64,000 bases of DNA from positions 32,001 to 96,000 of the IMG/VR virus record IMGVR_UViG_3300020048_003770; one strand, 5' to 3'. Below the pieces are notes generated by a model. The model made no database searches. It was given only the letters and a program-made list of their open reading frames with translations, and was not told where the DNA came from. The position numbers and the translations under genes are program-made. The stretch's first letter is position 1; the number at the start of each line of letters is the position of its first letter. Source of the DNA: a virus. Positions 45,722 through 55,949 of the stretch are shown one piece after another.

Positions 45722-46984
45722 ATGTTGAAATTATCAATTGTGTCGTTGGTTGTTGTGTTATCGTTGGTTTGTCCAAGTGGGGCTAGACCAGCTAAATTTG
45801 ATTATAATGGCGATGGTCGGTCGGAACTTGTTGTCGTAGCCAATGGAACATGGTCGGCAATTACGCACGATTCATCTTATTTCGTAACAAAAAAAATAGG
45901 TGACAACAGTTCAATCCCATTGACTGGTAATTATTTGTATAGTGATGGAGTCAAGAGTGATTTCGCAATTTATAATAACGTAAATGCGAATTGGCAAATA
46001 CAAAGAACATCAGATCTAATATGGACTAGGAATAGTACATTTGGATTTAGCGGCGTTTATCCAATTCCAGCAGATTATGACGGAGACGGTATTACTGATT
46101 TAGCTGTTTATTATGACAAAAAATGGTATTTGCAGAGAACTAAGTCTAAATTTATAATTATAGATTTTGGCGATGAAAACAGCCTCCCTGCTGTAGGGGA
46201 TTTCAATGGAGATGGGACGGATGACATTGCTGTGGTTGCAAACAATAAGGACACGATGAAAATGAAATGGAAGGTTTATCTGTCTGCAACTAATATTGTA
46301 GAGTTTGAATTTGGAGAATTAGATTCCGTTCCAATACCTGGTTATTACATAAATCGTTCTAATGTTACTCCTGCTGTTTGGTCTGTGGACAAATCTACGG
46401 GTGATGGTTATTTCGTTCTATCGAAAGTGTTTGGTGCTGATGAATCTCCATTTAAAATAAAATTTGGAAAAGCAACTGACATCCCAATTGCCGGATGTGA
46501 TTTTGATGGTGATGGTAAAACGGATATGGCAACATATGACAATAATGGTGTATGGTCTATTTGGTTGAGCAGATCGGGTGGCAAGAAAATCAATTTTGGA
46601 CACAAAGGTGCTAGAGCGGCCGGTGAATATAGATATAGCATTCATATGCCCATTATCGAGCCGAAAGATTTCAAAGGAACCTTATGGAAAGCCACAAACC
46701 ATAATAAAGATGGTGTAGCTATTCTTTTTGCCAAAAAATACCGAGCCGAGTATGACGCGCAATTGTGGTCTGGACTTGTTGTCTCTACCGATCCTACTGG
46801 CAAAAACGTATTACCTGGCGGAGTAGGTCGAATCGTACCACCATACGCAGATGGAAGACCAATTATACGGGTTGATAAGGATGGTTCATATTTTGGTACG
46901 AATGCGGTATATATGGTTTTGCTTTATAAAGACGGCAGGAAACAACCTTGGCTTATTCCAAATCCTAGTTTAAGAACTGAATGA
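45722..46984 (+). CDS. secreted FG-GAP/VCBS-repeat beta-propeller protein
   Basis: signal peptide; DYNGDG, DYDGDG, DFNGDG, DFDGDG repeats. Confidence 0.85.
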   Translation: MLKLSIVSLVVVLSLVCPSGARPAKFDYNGDGRSELVVVANGTWSAITHDSSYFVTKKIGDNSSIPLTGNYLYSDGVKSDFAIYNNVNANWQIQRTSDLIWTRNSTFGFSGVYPIPADYDGDGITDLAVYYDKKWYLQRTKSKFIIIDFGDENSLPAVGDFNGDGTDDIAVVANNKDTMKMKWKVYLSATNIVEFEFGELDSVPIPGYYINRSNVTPAVWSVDKSTGDGYFVLSKVFGADESPFKIKFGKATDIPIAGCDFDGDGKTDMATYDNNGVWSIWLSRSGGKKINFGHKGARAAGEYRYSIHMPIIEPKDFKGTLWKATNHNKDGVAILFAKKYRAEYDAQLWSGLVVSTDPTGKNVLPGGVGRIVPPYADGRPIIRVDKDGSYFGTNAVYMVLLYKDGRKQPWLIPNPSLRTE

Positions 46985-47009
46985 AATATTTAAAACGACG
47001 AAAGGAACA

Positions 47010-47297
47010 ATGAGATATAACATCGGAGATACGGTCAACTATCATTCCATGGTTGGCGGAACAATAACAAGTACGGGGCATGTCATAGAATTAATAGATT
47101 TAGCTCCTAATAATTTCGGGTGTAATGTTGCATGGATTACTGGAAAATCAGGATGTGTCTGTCTTGATAATTTATCCAACAAACAAAATCCCATGAAACC
47201 ATATGTGAAGTTATCTAGAAGCAAAAAGAGATATCAGGAATATCTTAAATCTGAAGAATTGGGTGGTTTTGCAGAATGGCTGGGAATTGAAAAATAA
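47010..47297 (+). CDS. hypothetical protein
   Basis: ORF track. Confidence 0.55.
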   Translation: MRYNIGDTVNYHSMVGGTITSTGHVIELIDLAPNNFGCNVAWITGKSGCVCLDNLSNKQNPMKPYVKLSRSKKRYQEYLKSEELGGFAEWLGIEK

Positions 47298-47354
47298 CAA
47301 TGAAGGAATAATATGACAAATTGAAAAATAACAATGAAGGAATAATATGACAAA
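47285..47354 (+). repeat. 34-bp perfect tandem duplication spanning stop, RBS and start codon
   Basis: aattgaaaaataacaatgaaggaataatatgaca twice. Confidence 0.9.
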
Positions 47355-47763
47355 AAGCATTAAGATTGTATATGAAGATTGGAGTATTTCAGCGAGTAGC
47401 GTTTTTGCAACAGGTAACATTTTTGCAAGTAAAATTAAAGAAGCGATTGTTGAGTTTGACGGGAATAATACGCCCTATGTAGAATCCATGAGTTATTCTG
47501 ATAATTTTGATAGTTTTGTTCATGATGTATTTAATTCTGGTTTCGTTTATATTAATCAAAGAAAAGCCGTTTCAATTTTACAGATTAAATGTTTTGAATT
47601 TAATGATGTTGAAGGCGTAAAAGATACTACTTCTGTGAATGCAACTCCGCAACAAGCTTCTCAAAACACTTTAAAGCGCAAATCTAATAAGCGGAATATA
47701 AGAAAACAAAGAAAACCTATTGAAAAGAAAAACGCAGTAAACGATGGAGTAAAAAATGAATGA
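47347..47763 (+). CDS. hypothetical protein with basic C-terminus
   Basis: ORF track. Confidence 0.55.
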   Translation: MTKSIKIVYEDWSISASSVFATGNIFASKIKEAIVEFDGNNTPYVESMSYSDNFDSFVHDVFNSGFVYINQRKAVSILQIKCFEFNDVEGVKDTTSVNATPQQASQNTLKRKSNKRNIRKQRKPIEKKNAVNDGVKNE

Positions 47764-48583
47764 TGATATGGGAGACCGCATAAAAGAATACGAATCTATT
47801 TCAAAAATTCGTATGACAAAAAGGGTTCCTGTTATAATCAGATGTGATGGGAAATCATTTAGTAATTTTTGTAAACGTTTTGAATTGCCCTATGATATTT
47901 ATTTTAATACATATATGAATAATGTCATGAAATATCTTTGTGCGAATATACAAGGAGCAAAGTTGGCGGAACGACATTCTGATGAGATATCTATTCTAGT
48001 TACAGATTACGATAATATAAACACAGACTCTTATTTCGATTATCAAGTTCAAAAGATATGTTCTATTGTTTCAAGCATGGCAACGGCAGAGTTTTGTAGA
48101 CAGTTAATGCTAAAGGATATTATAATAAAAAAATATATGTATTATGGTACAGATTCTGTCGATATTGAAGTGCCCAATAAAATCTGTTTAACAACTGATG
48201 AGCCATTTCCGTCCTTTGATTGTAGGTGCTTTAATTTGCCAGAATCAGAAATATCTAATTATTTTTATTGGCGTTTAAAAGATGCCGTTAGAAATTCTAT
48301 AAATATGACTGCTCAATCTAAATTCAGCCACAAACAGTTGCAAGGCGTATCTTGTAATCAAATGCAGGAAATGTTATTCAAGGAACATAATTTCAATTGG
48401 AATAATTTGCCTTCGGGACAGAAAACGGGCTTTATCTGCTTAAAAAGGAAAATCAACAGTGAAATTCCTGACGGACCATATAAGGGCGTTCTATTTGAAA
48501 GAAACTCATGGATTGTTGATCCTGCACCATCTCAGCTACAGGATTTGCGAGATATTGTTTATTCTATTTTCGGCAAAGAATAG
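47756..48583 (+). CDS. tRNA(His) guanylyltransferase Thg1-like protein
   Basis: IIRCDGKSFSNF, HSDEISIL, FDCRCF, YFYWRLKDAVRNSI. Confidence 0.9.
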   Translation: MNDDMGDRIKEYESISKIRMTKRVPVIIRCDGKSFSNFCKRFELPYDIYFNTYMNNVMKYLCANIQGAKLAERHSDEISILVTDYDNINTDSYFDYQVQKICSIVSSMATAEFCRQLMLKDIIIKKYMYYGTDSVDIEVPNKICLTTDEPFPSFDCRCFNLPESEISNYFYWRLKDAVRNSINMTAQSKFSHKQLQGVSCNQMQEMLFKEHNFNWNNLPSGQKTGFICLKRKINSEIPDGPYKGVLFERNSWIVDPAPSQLQDLRDIVYSIFGKE

Positions 48584-48618
48584 TTCTTGTAAAAGTAAAA
48601 GTTGTATAATATTGAATA

Positions 48619-48894
48619 ATGAAAATAAGAAATGTCGATTTTTGTTTTGATGGCGGCACAGCGATTATAGATACGGATGAAGGATTCTATTACGTGGATC
48701 GTCGATTGGGCACAAATACATGTGGTTATATTTATAAATGTGCTTATCCAGACGAAGAAGGTTCTATTATCGCAAATGACGTTAAAGATGAATTGTTATT
48801 GGCTCTGCAAAGTAATAGAGACGCAATGTGTCCTGCAACAATAGATGCTTTGATTTTAAACGCTCTGATTTTAGATATTAAAAAATGTAATTGA
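48619..48894 (+). CDS. hypothetical protein
   Basis: starts right after a TATAAT box. Confidence 0.5.
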   Translation: MKIRNVDFCFDGGTAIIDTDEGFYYVDRRLGTNTCGYIYKCAYPDEEGSIIANDVKDELLLALQSNRDAMCPATIDALILNALILDIKKCN

Positions 48895-48923
48895 ATTTAA
48901 ACAACAAATGTCAAGGAGTAGCT

Positions 48924-49535
48924 ATGGGTTTCTTTTGCTGCGTGGAAGGTCCAAATGGAAGTGGGAAAACGTCTTTAATAAAATCATTATCTGAAAAAGG
49001 ATATAATACCTTATCAAGTCCAAATGGAACACCTTTGGCTCAGATGTTGCGTTCTGCATGTAGGGGAACTGAACCATGGACGGATATTGACAAACAAGTT
49101 CAGTTCATGCTTTTTAGTGCGGCTCGTTTGGATGAATATATAAGATTAGTCCATAATGTAGATAAAATTGTTTTTGCAGATAGATGGTGGACTTCTACAT
49201 ATGTTTATCAGGTTGTACTTCAGGGTCTTCCAGCAGAGTTTCTTGAACATACCATCCATCCAGAGGAAAAAGTCGATCTGGTTGTTCTGTTGGATGGAGA
49301 AGATGATGTATTGATTAATCGAGTATTCGCTGAAAGGTCTTTAAATCCTGAACATGGTAAATGCAGATGGACGCAAGATGCCGAGATGATGAAACAACTT
49401 ATACGCATCTACAGAGAGGATTTGCCTATATATCTTGCGAGTAAAGGGATAAAAACTTGCAGAATTGATACAACCAATTTGGATAGAGATATGGTTTCTG
49501 AAAAAGTTATTGAAATTGTCAAAAAAAATGAATAA
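48924..49535 (+). CDS. tmk: thymidylate kinase
   Basis: VEGPNGSGKTS, LFSAAR, ADRWWTSTYVYQ. Confidence 0.85.
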   Translation: MGFFCCVEGPNGSGKTSLIKSLSEKGYNTLSSPNGTPLAQMLRSACRGTEPWTDIDKQVQFMLFSAARLDEYIRLVHNVDKIVFADRWWTSTYVYQVVLQGLPAEFLEHTIHPEEKVDLVVLLDGEDDVLINRVFAERSLNPEHGKCRWTQDAEMMKQLIRIYREDLPIYLASKGIKTCRIDTTNLDRDMVSEKVIEIVKKNE

Positions 49536-50247
49536 AGTAATACAAGGCGATTGTTTAGAAGTTATGAAGGAGATGCCATCAAATAGCGTTAATTTGGTGT
49601 TTACATCTCCACCATACAATATGCGGACTAGAATCAGTAAAGGTAAATATATTACTCGCGAAAAGACAGAACATTTCAGCAAAAAATACAAGCACTTTGA
49701 TGACGCTCTGCCTATTGATGAATTTTATTCCTTTCATAAATCTTGTATAATGGAAATGTTAAGAATATCGCCAATCGTAGTTTATAATTTTCAAATTGTA
49801 ACTGGCAGTAAAGAAGCTTTTTTCAAAATTATTGGCGATTTCAATCAGGATATAAAAGATATTATCATATGGGATAAGGGGCATGGACAACCAGCGATGC
49901 ATGCTAATATATTAAATAGCGCATATGAGATGATTTTGGTATTGGAAGGAGATAAAAAATGCGGTCGTTTAATCCAAAATGCAAAATTCAAGCGTGGAGA
50001 AATGCAGAATATTTTGAGAATAGGTAGGGGTAAAAAAGTCTCCAAGATTCATTCCGCTACATTTCCAGATAAATTGGCTGAGGAAATAATTACTAATTTT
50101 TCAAATGAAGGAGATATTGTTCTTGATCCATTCGCAGGAAGCGGTACAGTAGGCAAAGTAGCTGAAAGATTGAAAAGGAATTATATTCTTATTGAAAAAG
50201 AGCCTGAATACATAGATATAATTAATCAACAAATCGAAAAAGGATAA
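49528..50247 (+). CDS. beta-class N4-C/N6-A DNA methyltransferase (orphan)
   Basis: GDCLEVM, TSPPY, HSATFP, LDPFAGSGT. Confidence 0.9.
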   Translation: MNKVIQGDCLEVMKEMPSNSVNLVFTSPPYNMRTRISKGKYITREKTEHFSKKYKHFDDALPIDEFYSFHKSCIMEMLRISPIVVYNFQIVTGSKEAFFKIIGDFNQDIKDIIIWDKGHGQPAMHANILNSAYEMILVLEGDKKCGRLIQNAKFKRGEMQNILRIGRGKKVSKIHSATFPDKLAEEIITNFSNEGDIVLDPFAGSGTVGKVAERLKRNYILIEKEPEYIDIINQQIEKG

Positions 50248-50250
50248 ATC

Positions 50251-50727
50251 ATGCAACATCTTAATTTACCATTTATAAAAGAACGAGTAAAAGCGGCTCA
50301 TCTTAATTTTATTGAGTCTGTTGGTGAAATGCCAGAAAAAATGTCAGCGGATCATCAGTTTTTGTTGAAGAGGATGGAAGCAAGACTATCTTCAATATTG
50401 AAATGTTTTATAGATTTAGGAGTTATTGATAGCGCGACATTAATAAAAGATAGTTCGTTAGATTCGTCATGTTCTTGTACTAAATTGAATAAGAAAGCAT
50501 ATGATAAAGCCGTATACATATGGACGAACGGAATTAATATAGTAATAAAGTCGGTTAATTACCCGTCTTGGTCGGGATTAGATTTAGGGGACTCAATTAC
50601 CGTTAGTGTAATTGATTTTGAGACTCATAATTGGATTGAGTTTTCGGACAATTTATTGCATTTTATTCATAAGGTTATTTATGCTAGAACTAAATCTATA
50701 GAAGCGCAGATATTTGAGACCAATTAA
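50251..50727 (+). CDS. hypothetical protein
   Basis: ORF track. Confidence 0.55.
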   Translation: MQHLNLPFIKERVKAAHLNFIESVGEMPEKMSADHQFLLKRMEARLSSILKCFIDLGVIDSATLIKDSSLDSSCSCTKLNKKAYDKAVYIWTNGINIVIKSVNYPSWSGLDLGDSITVSVIDFETHNWIEFSDNLLHFIHKVIYARTKSIEAQIFETN

Positions 50728-50736
50728 AGGAGAAAA

Positions 50737-51333
50737 ATGAAAGCATATAAAGCAACTTACAACATGAAATGCAGAGACATGGAATATGAAGTCGGTAAAA
50801 CCTACATTCACGATGGAGAACTCATAATATGCGAACAAGGTTTCCACTTCTGTAAGAAAGCAATAGACACATTAAATTATTATTATTACGATAAAAATTT
50901 TAAACTCATGGAGATTGATGTTATAGGTGATATTATTGATGAAGGTATTAAATCAGTTACTAATAAATTAACAGTTATTAGAGTTATCCCTAAATCTGAA
51001 TATCCTGAATTAATTGGATTTACTCTTGACGAAAATGATAATATTATTAAACGGGTGTATCCAGATGGTGAAACCTCATTGTTTGAATATGACCAAAACA
51101 ATAACATGATAAAAGAAGTATGTTCAAATGGTGAAACTTTGTTTGAATATGATCAAAACAATAACCAAATTAAAGCAGTATATCCAAACGGTAATGTTTG
51201 GTCTTCCGAATATGACGAAAACAATAATAGGACAAAACTAGTATACCCAGATGGAACGACTTATTTGTGCGTATATGACGAAAACAATAATTTAATTCAA
51301 GAATTTTATGGAGACGGACAGTTAAGGAGTTAA
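50737..51333 (+). CDS. phage protein with C-terminal YD-like repeats
   Basis: AYKAT..CR..YEVGKTY..C..GFHFC N-terminal domain; five (E)YDxNNN..YPxG repeats. Confidence 0.75.
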   Translation: MKAYKATYNMKCRDMEYEVGKTYIHDGELIICEQGFHFCKKAIDTLNYYYYDKNFKLMEIDVIGDIIDEGIKSVTNKLTVIRVIPKSEYPELIGFTLDENDNIIKRVYPDGETSLFEYDQNNNMIKEVCSNGETLFEYDQNNNQIKAVYPNGNVWSSEYDENNNRTKLVYPDGTTYLCVYDENNNLIQEFYGDGQLRS

Positions 51334-51353
51334 TTAATGATTGAATTCATTGA

Positions 51354-51770
51354 TTGATGTTATTGGAGAATATGACAAAAGAAGAATTGGATGCAGAGTA
51401 TGAAGAGAGACTTTATGAGTTGCAACAAAAATGCGACCACGTATTGATTAATGTAAGTGCAGGTTCATATGGTTCAGATTGTTATGGGACGTGTAAGTTT
51501 TGCGATGTGGAGATTCAATTTGATGCCAGAATCGCTAGAGATCAAAATGAAGCAGAGTCGGTTGAACTAATTTCATGGAATCGTATTGGGAGTAGGGAGA
51601 AGAACGAAGCCGTTTTGCACCGTTTTGGTATAATACTGTCACATTCCGATGTTGAAAAATATTATTCAGATGCTAGGTTATTTAAAACGCGCAATACATT
51701 GGCTGAAGTTATTCTTAACCTTATAAAAGAAAAGCCATATACAACATGGGCGAAATGTATAAATCGTTAG
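51354..51770 (+). CDS. hypothetical protein
   Basis: ORF track. Confidence 0.5.
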   Translation: MMLLENMTKEELDAEYEERLYELQQKCDHVLINVSAGSYGSDCYGTCKFCDVEIQFDARIARDQNEAESVELISWNRIGSREKNEAVLHRFGIILSHSDVEKYYSDARLFKTRNTLAEVILNLIKEKPYTTWAKCINR

Positions 51771-51792
51771 AGATTGGTTACTTGGAGAAAAT

Positions 51793-54700
51793 ATGATTGA
51801 ATTTACTGGCGAAAAATATGTTAATCTGCACAACCATTCATATTATAGCGCATTAGATGGATTATCTTCTCCTGAGGATATGGTTGATGCCTGTATCGCT
51901 AATGGTTCAAGAGCTTTGGCAATTACAGACCATGGAACTTGTGGCGGATGGTATAATTTTCAAAAAGTATGTCTAGCTAAAGGTGTAAAACCTATACTTG
52001 GCAATGAAGTATATATTTCTCCAGACCACACTTCTGTAGACCCTAAAGACCCACGTTATCATCTAGTTCTTTTAGCTAAGAATCATTTAGGTGTTCAGAA
52101 CCTCATGGAACTATCAACTATCGCAGAAACAAAAGGTAAATATAAGAAGCCGCGTATTGACTTTAAATTATTACAAGCTCATCACGAAGGGCTAATATGC
52201 ATGAGTGCTTGTTGCATTGGAGAATTGCCGTCTAAGCTATGGCAGGGGGATAATGATGGCGCTGTCAAGATGGCTAATGAATATAAGGATTTATTTGGCG
52301 ACGATTACTATATTGAAATCATGATGCATAAATACAATCAGAATGCACAAGAACAAGAAAAAAGAGAAAAAGTTCTTGCTAAACAATTGTATTCATTAGC
52401 GAAGAAACTGAATATAAAAACGGTTTGCAGTAACGACGCTCATTACGCTAATCGGTCAGATGCACCTTATCATGACGTTATGTTGTCAATGCAAACTCAT
52501 GATCATATTAAAAATCCAGATCGTTTTACATTCAACGGAGAACAGTTCTATTTGAGACCATATGAAGAGATGTATGATTTATATAAGAGTGCGCCTGAAA
52601 TGTTACTTCATACTGTTGAAATAGCGGAGAAGATAGAGAGTGATGCGATATTGTTGCCTTCAAAAGATTTGCTTCCGATATTTAATGTTCCGCAAGGGGT
52701 TACTAGTGAAACTGCTTATTTAAAGGAATTAGTTAAAGAGGGTATGAAGTTACATGGTTTCATTAACGATCCAATATATAGAGAACGTATAAAGATGGAA
52801 ATGGAACTTATTGTAAGATGCGGATTCGTGCGATATTTCTTAACTTTGTGGGATATTATAAATTATGCGAAACAACAAGGGGTTCGCACCGGAATTGGTC
52901 GCGGAAGCGGAGCGGGTAGTTTGTGTTTGTATTGTTTAGGAATCACGAAACTAGATCCGATTAAGTATGGTTTATTGTTTGAACGATTCATTAATCCGGA
53001 ACGTGTAAGTCCGCCAGATGTAGATATTGACTTTGATTATTCCCGTAGAGATGAGATATTTGACTATATCATCAGAAAATATGGGACTGATTATTGTTGT
53101 AAAATTGGCACATACAATACGTTTAAAGCTAAGGGGGCGATTAGATACGCAGCCAAAGCATTAGACATAGGCAATGATTGGGAAACATATCAAGCTGCCA
53201 AGAAACGAAATCCAAATGCAAAAATAGAAATGACCAAGAAGAGTCTGGATTTGGCTGATTTTATCGCTAAACAGATTCCAGAGGTTCCAGGTACAACAAT
53301 CGAATCAGCTTTGAAAGATGATGAATCGTTCCGTAGTGCTATGCAGAAATATCCTAAGCTTTTAGATGCAGTAAGACATGTTGAGAACACTGTATCTTCT
53401 GCTGGCGTTCATCCTGCTGGTATTATTATCTGCAAAGACCCTATTGCCAAACATATCCCCTTACGTGAATCTAAGGGTGCGATATGTTCTCAATTCGTAA
53501 TGTCTGAGGTAGATGAGTTGGGATTGCTTAAATTGGATATGCTTGCTCTAAAGACATTGACGGTTATTGAAGATACTGTCCAAATGATTAAAAAGCGATA
53601 TGGAATTGATATTGACATTGACAATTTAGATCCAACAGACAAAAATGTTTTTAAGTTGTTTAATGGCGGATATAAAAATATGGACAATAGGGGTATATTC
53701 CAATTTGAAGCGCATGGCATTTCTAAACTATTAAAAAGTATTAGAGTGGATACGTTCAATGATTTGGTTGTTTGCAACGCCCTCTATCGTCCTGGTCCTT
53801 TGGGCGCAGGAGTTCATGAGTTATATAGCGACTACAAGCATGGTCGTAAAAAGATTGAATATTTGCATCCAAAGATGGGAGAGGTGCTAAAAGATACCTA
53901 TGGGATTATGTGTTTTTCAAAGGATCAAATAGTTTATACAAATAATGGTCCAAAATGTATTGAAGAAATATGCAAGCAACCGGTGTATTGCTTGGACAAT
54001 GGTAAATTAAACAAATATCCTTCTGTTAATGGGGCGTTTAAAAGTGGAGTGCGAGAAATTTTCGAATATACGTTGTCGAATGGAGCTATTATAAAAAGCA
54101 CTAACGACCATCCAATTTTTAATGGAGAAAATTATATTGCTATGGATGAAATATTTTATAAAAAATTACCTATCCATTATACGTTGGGGAATATAAAGGA
54201 TTCAACCGAGAATGAAAAAATGGAGAAGAAAGCTTATTTATGGGGGGCTTTAATCGGCGACGGGACTACGAAGCCTTCAACTCCTATATTGTGTGTTGGT
54301 AAAAATAAAAGTTATGGCGAAATGGTAATAAACTTATTTTCCGATGTATATGGGGAGGACGGTGACGCAAATTTGTTTTATTCTACAAGATCTTGGTATG
54401 TAAGATTTTCTTTTAAAAGTAATTCTTGCAAATGGGGAACGAATAAAACTAATCAATTAAAGAATGAACTTGAATCTATGAATTTAAGGTGTTTGTCCAT
54501 TGATAAATTTTTGCCGTTTGACAGTCTTAAACCAAATCGTCGAATCTATTTATCGTTGTTGGCAGGGCTTGTAGACACTGACGGCAGTATACAAAAAGAT
54601 ATTTATTATTCATCGTCAAGTAAACAGTTGTTAATTGATGTTGAATATGTTTTATGGAGGCTTGGATATACGACATACAGAAGTCATCATATGGTTCATG

Positions 54701-55905
54701 TGTATGAGAGTATTGACCTATTTAATGAACTTCAGCCGTATCTTATTAATAAAAAAGGTGCAAATCGACTATATTGCAATGGAGGCAATATTCGTTTGAA
54801 TTCAAAAATGGTTGCTGAATTGCTAAAAAATAAAATAGGCAATATGTCGGTTCGAAAGTTTTGCGAGATAAACAAGTTGAATAGATGTACCGTTATGAGG
54901 ATTATGTCGCAGAAGAATACATGGTGCAAAAAAAGCGGCGTCGAAAGAGTATTGAATAAAGATGAAATTAATGCTTGCAAATGCATTTTTGTTGAGCGTC
55001 GTAAGTCATTGGGGATGCAGGATGTATATGACTTAAGTATGCCACATGACGATCACAATTTCATTGTTAATTCAGGCGTTTCTGTTCATAACTGTTTTCA
55101 AGAAAATATTATGAAAGTTGTTCAGGTTCTTGCTGGATTCACTTTAGGACAGGCGGATTGGCTCAGAAAGGTTATTGGCAAGAAAAAGCCAGAACTTATA
55201 AAGAAAGAAAATCTTGACACTTTATTTATAGAGGGTTGTAAAAAGCATTCTGATATCGACCCGAAAGTTGCAAAAGCTATATTTGATCAGATTGAATATT
55301 TCGGTGGATATGGCTTCAACCTATCCCACGCGGCGAGCTATTCCCTGATTTCTTATCAAACAGCTTGGCTTAAAGTTTACTATCCGCTTGAGTATATGTG
55401 TAATCTTTTGTCTTCGGAAATAAATAACAGCGACAAAGGATTTAAATTAAACTCTTACCTAAGTGAAGCACGGAGAATGAATTTAGTTGTTAAAGGGGCA
55501 GATATTAACAAGAGCGGTCTAAAATATAGTATCGCCAGTTTTAGAGATGAAATTTCTGGAGAAGAAAAGGATGGGATTAGAACGCCTTTGACGATTTTAA
55601 ATGGGGTTGGCGAGAAAGCGGTAGAAAGTATTGTTGCAAATCAACCTTTTGCCAATTTAAAAGAGTTTTTGCATTCAGTTGATACTAGAAAAGTTACTAG
55701 TCGGGTGTTTACCGCTTTAGTAGAAAACGGATGCATGAGGGACAGTTGGGGGATTGGAGATGAAGCTTTGTTGAATCAATATGTGGATGTAAAGGCAGAA
55801 GTCGATAAGGAAAAGAAACAGAAGAAGAAAAAGGAAGAACAAATGGATCAATATGGAGGTGTTTCAATATTTTCTGCATTTGGTTCTGAAGGATTAGAAA
55901 TTTAA
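51793..55905 (+). CDS. dnaE: DNA polymerase III alpha subunit (family C) with intein
   Basis: PHP HNHSYYSALDG, AITDHG; GRGSGAGSL; PPDVDIDF; GVHPAG; KLDMLAL; YGFNLSHA. Confidence 0.97.
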   Translation: MIEFTGEKYVNLHNHSYYSALDGLSSPEDMVDACIANGSRALAITDHGTCGGWYNFQKVCLAKGVKPILGNEVYISPDHTSVDPKDPRYHLVLLAKNHLGVQNLMELSTIAETKGKYKKPRIDFKLLQAHHEGLICMSACCIGELPSKLWQGDNDGAVKMANEYKDLFGDDYYIEIMMHKYNQNAQEQEKREKVLAKQLYSLAKKLNIKTVCSNDAHYANRSDAPYHDVMLSMQTHDHIKNPDRFTFNGEQFYLRPYEEMYDLYKSAPEMLLHTVEIAEKIESDAILLPSKDLLPIFNVPQGVTSETAYLKELVKEGMKLHGFINDPIYRERIKMEMELIVRCGFVRYFLTLWDIINYAKQQGVRTGIGRGSGAGSLCLYCLGITKLDPIKYGLLFERFINPERVSPPDVDIDFDYSRRDEIFDYIIRKYGTDYCCKIGTYNTFKAKGAIRYAAKALDIGNDWETYQAAKKRNPNAKIEMTKKSLDLADFIAKQIPEVPGTTIESALKDDESFRSAMQKYPKLLDAVRHVENTVSSAGVHPAGIIICKDPIAKHIPLRESKGAICSQFVMSEVDELGLLKLDMLALKTLTVIEDTVQMIKKRYGIDIDIDNLDPTDKNVFKLFNGGYKNMDNRGIFQFEAHGISKLLKSIRVDTFNDLVVCNALYRPGPLGAGVHELYSDYKHGRKKIEYLHPKMGEVLKDTYGIMCFSKDQIVYTNNGPKCIEEICKQPVYCLDNGKLNKYPSVNGAFKSGVREIFEYTLSNGAIIKSTNDHPIFNGENYIAMDEIFYKKLPIHYTLGNIKDSTENEKMEKKAYLWGALIGDGTTKPSTPILCVGKNKSYGEMVINLFSDVYGEDGDANLFYSTRSWYVRFSFKSNSCKWGTNKTNQLKNELESMNLRCLSIDKFLPFDSLKPNRRIYLSLLAGLVDTDGSIQKDIYYSSSSKQLLIDVEYVLWRLGYTTYRSHHMVHVYESIDLFNELQPYLINKKGANRLYCNGGNIRLNSKMVAELLKNKIGNMSVRKFCEINKLNRCTVMRIMSQKNTWCKKSGVERVLNKDEINACKCIFVERRKSLGMQDVYDLSMPHDDHNFIVNSGVSVHNCFQENIMKVVQVLAGFTLGQADWLRKVIGKKKPELIKKENLDTLFIEGCKKHSDIDPKVAKAIFDQIEYFGGYGFNLSHAASYSLISYQTAWLKVYYPLEYMCNLLSSEINNSDKGFKLNSYLSEARRMNLVVKGADINKSGLKYSIASFRDEISGEEKDGIRTPLTILNGVGEKAVESIVANQPFANLKEFLHSVDTRKVTSRVFTALVENGCMRDSWGIGDEALLNQYVDVKAEVDKEKKQKKKKEEQMDQYGGVSIFSAFGSEGLEI
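53911..55092 (+). mobile_element. 394-aa intein with LAGLIDADG homing endonuclease in dnaE
   Basis: YGIM|CFSKDQ..T.DH..LWGALIGDG..LAGLVDTDG..VYDLS..SVHN|CFQE. Confidence 0.95.
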
Positions 55906-55949
55906 TTGTATAATAGATGTATCAAAGTTAAAATCAATAGGAGTAAAAC

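Noticed and set aside
51030-51300. Nucleotide repeats gaatatgaNNaaaacaataa as a DGR or CRISPR-like array
   Set aside because: They are in-frame YD-like protein repeats; no reverse transcriptase or template/variable repeat pair was seen.
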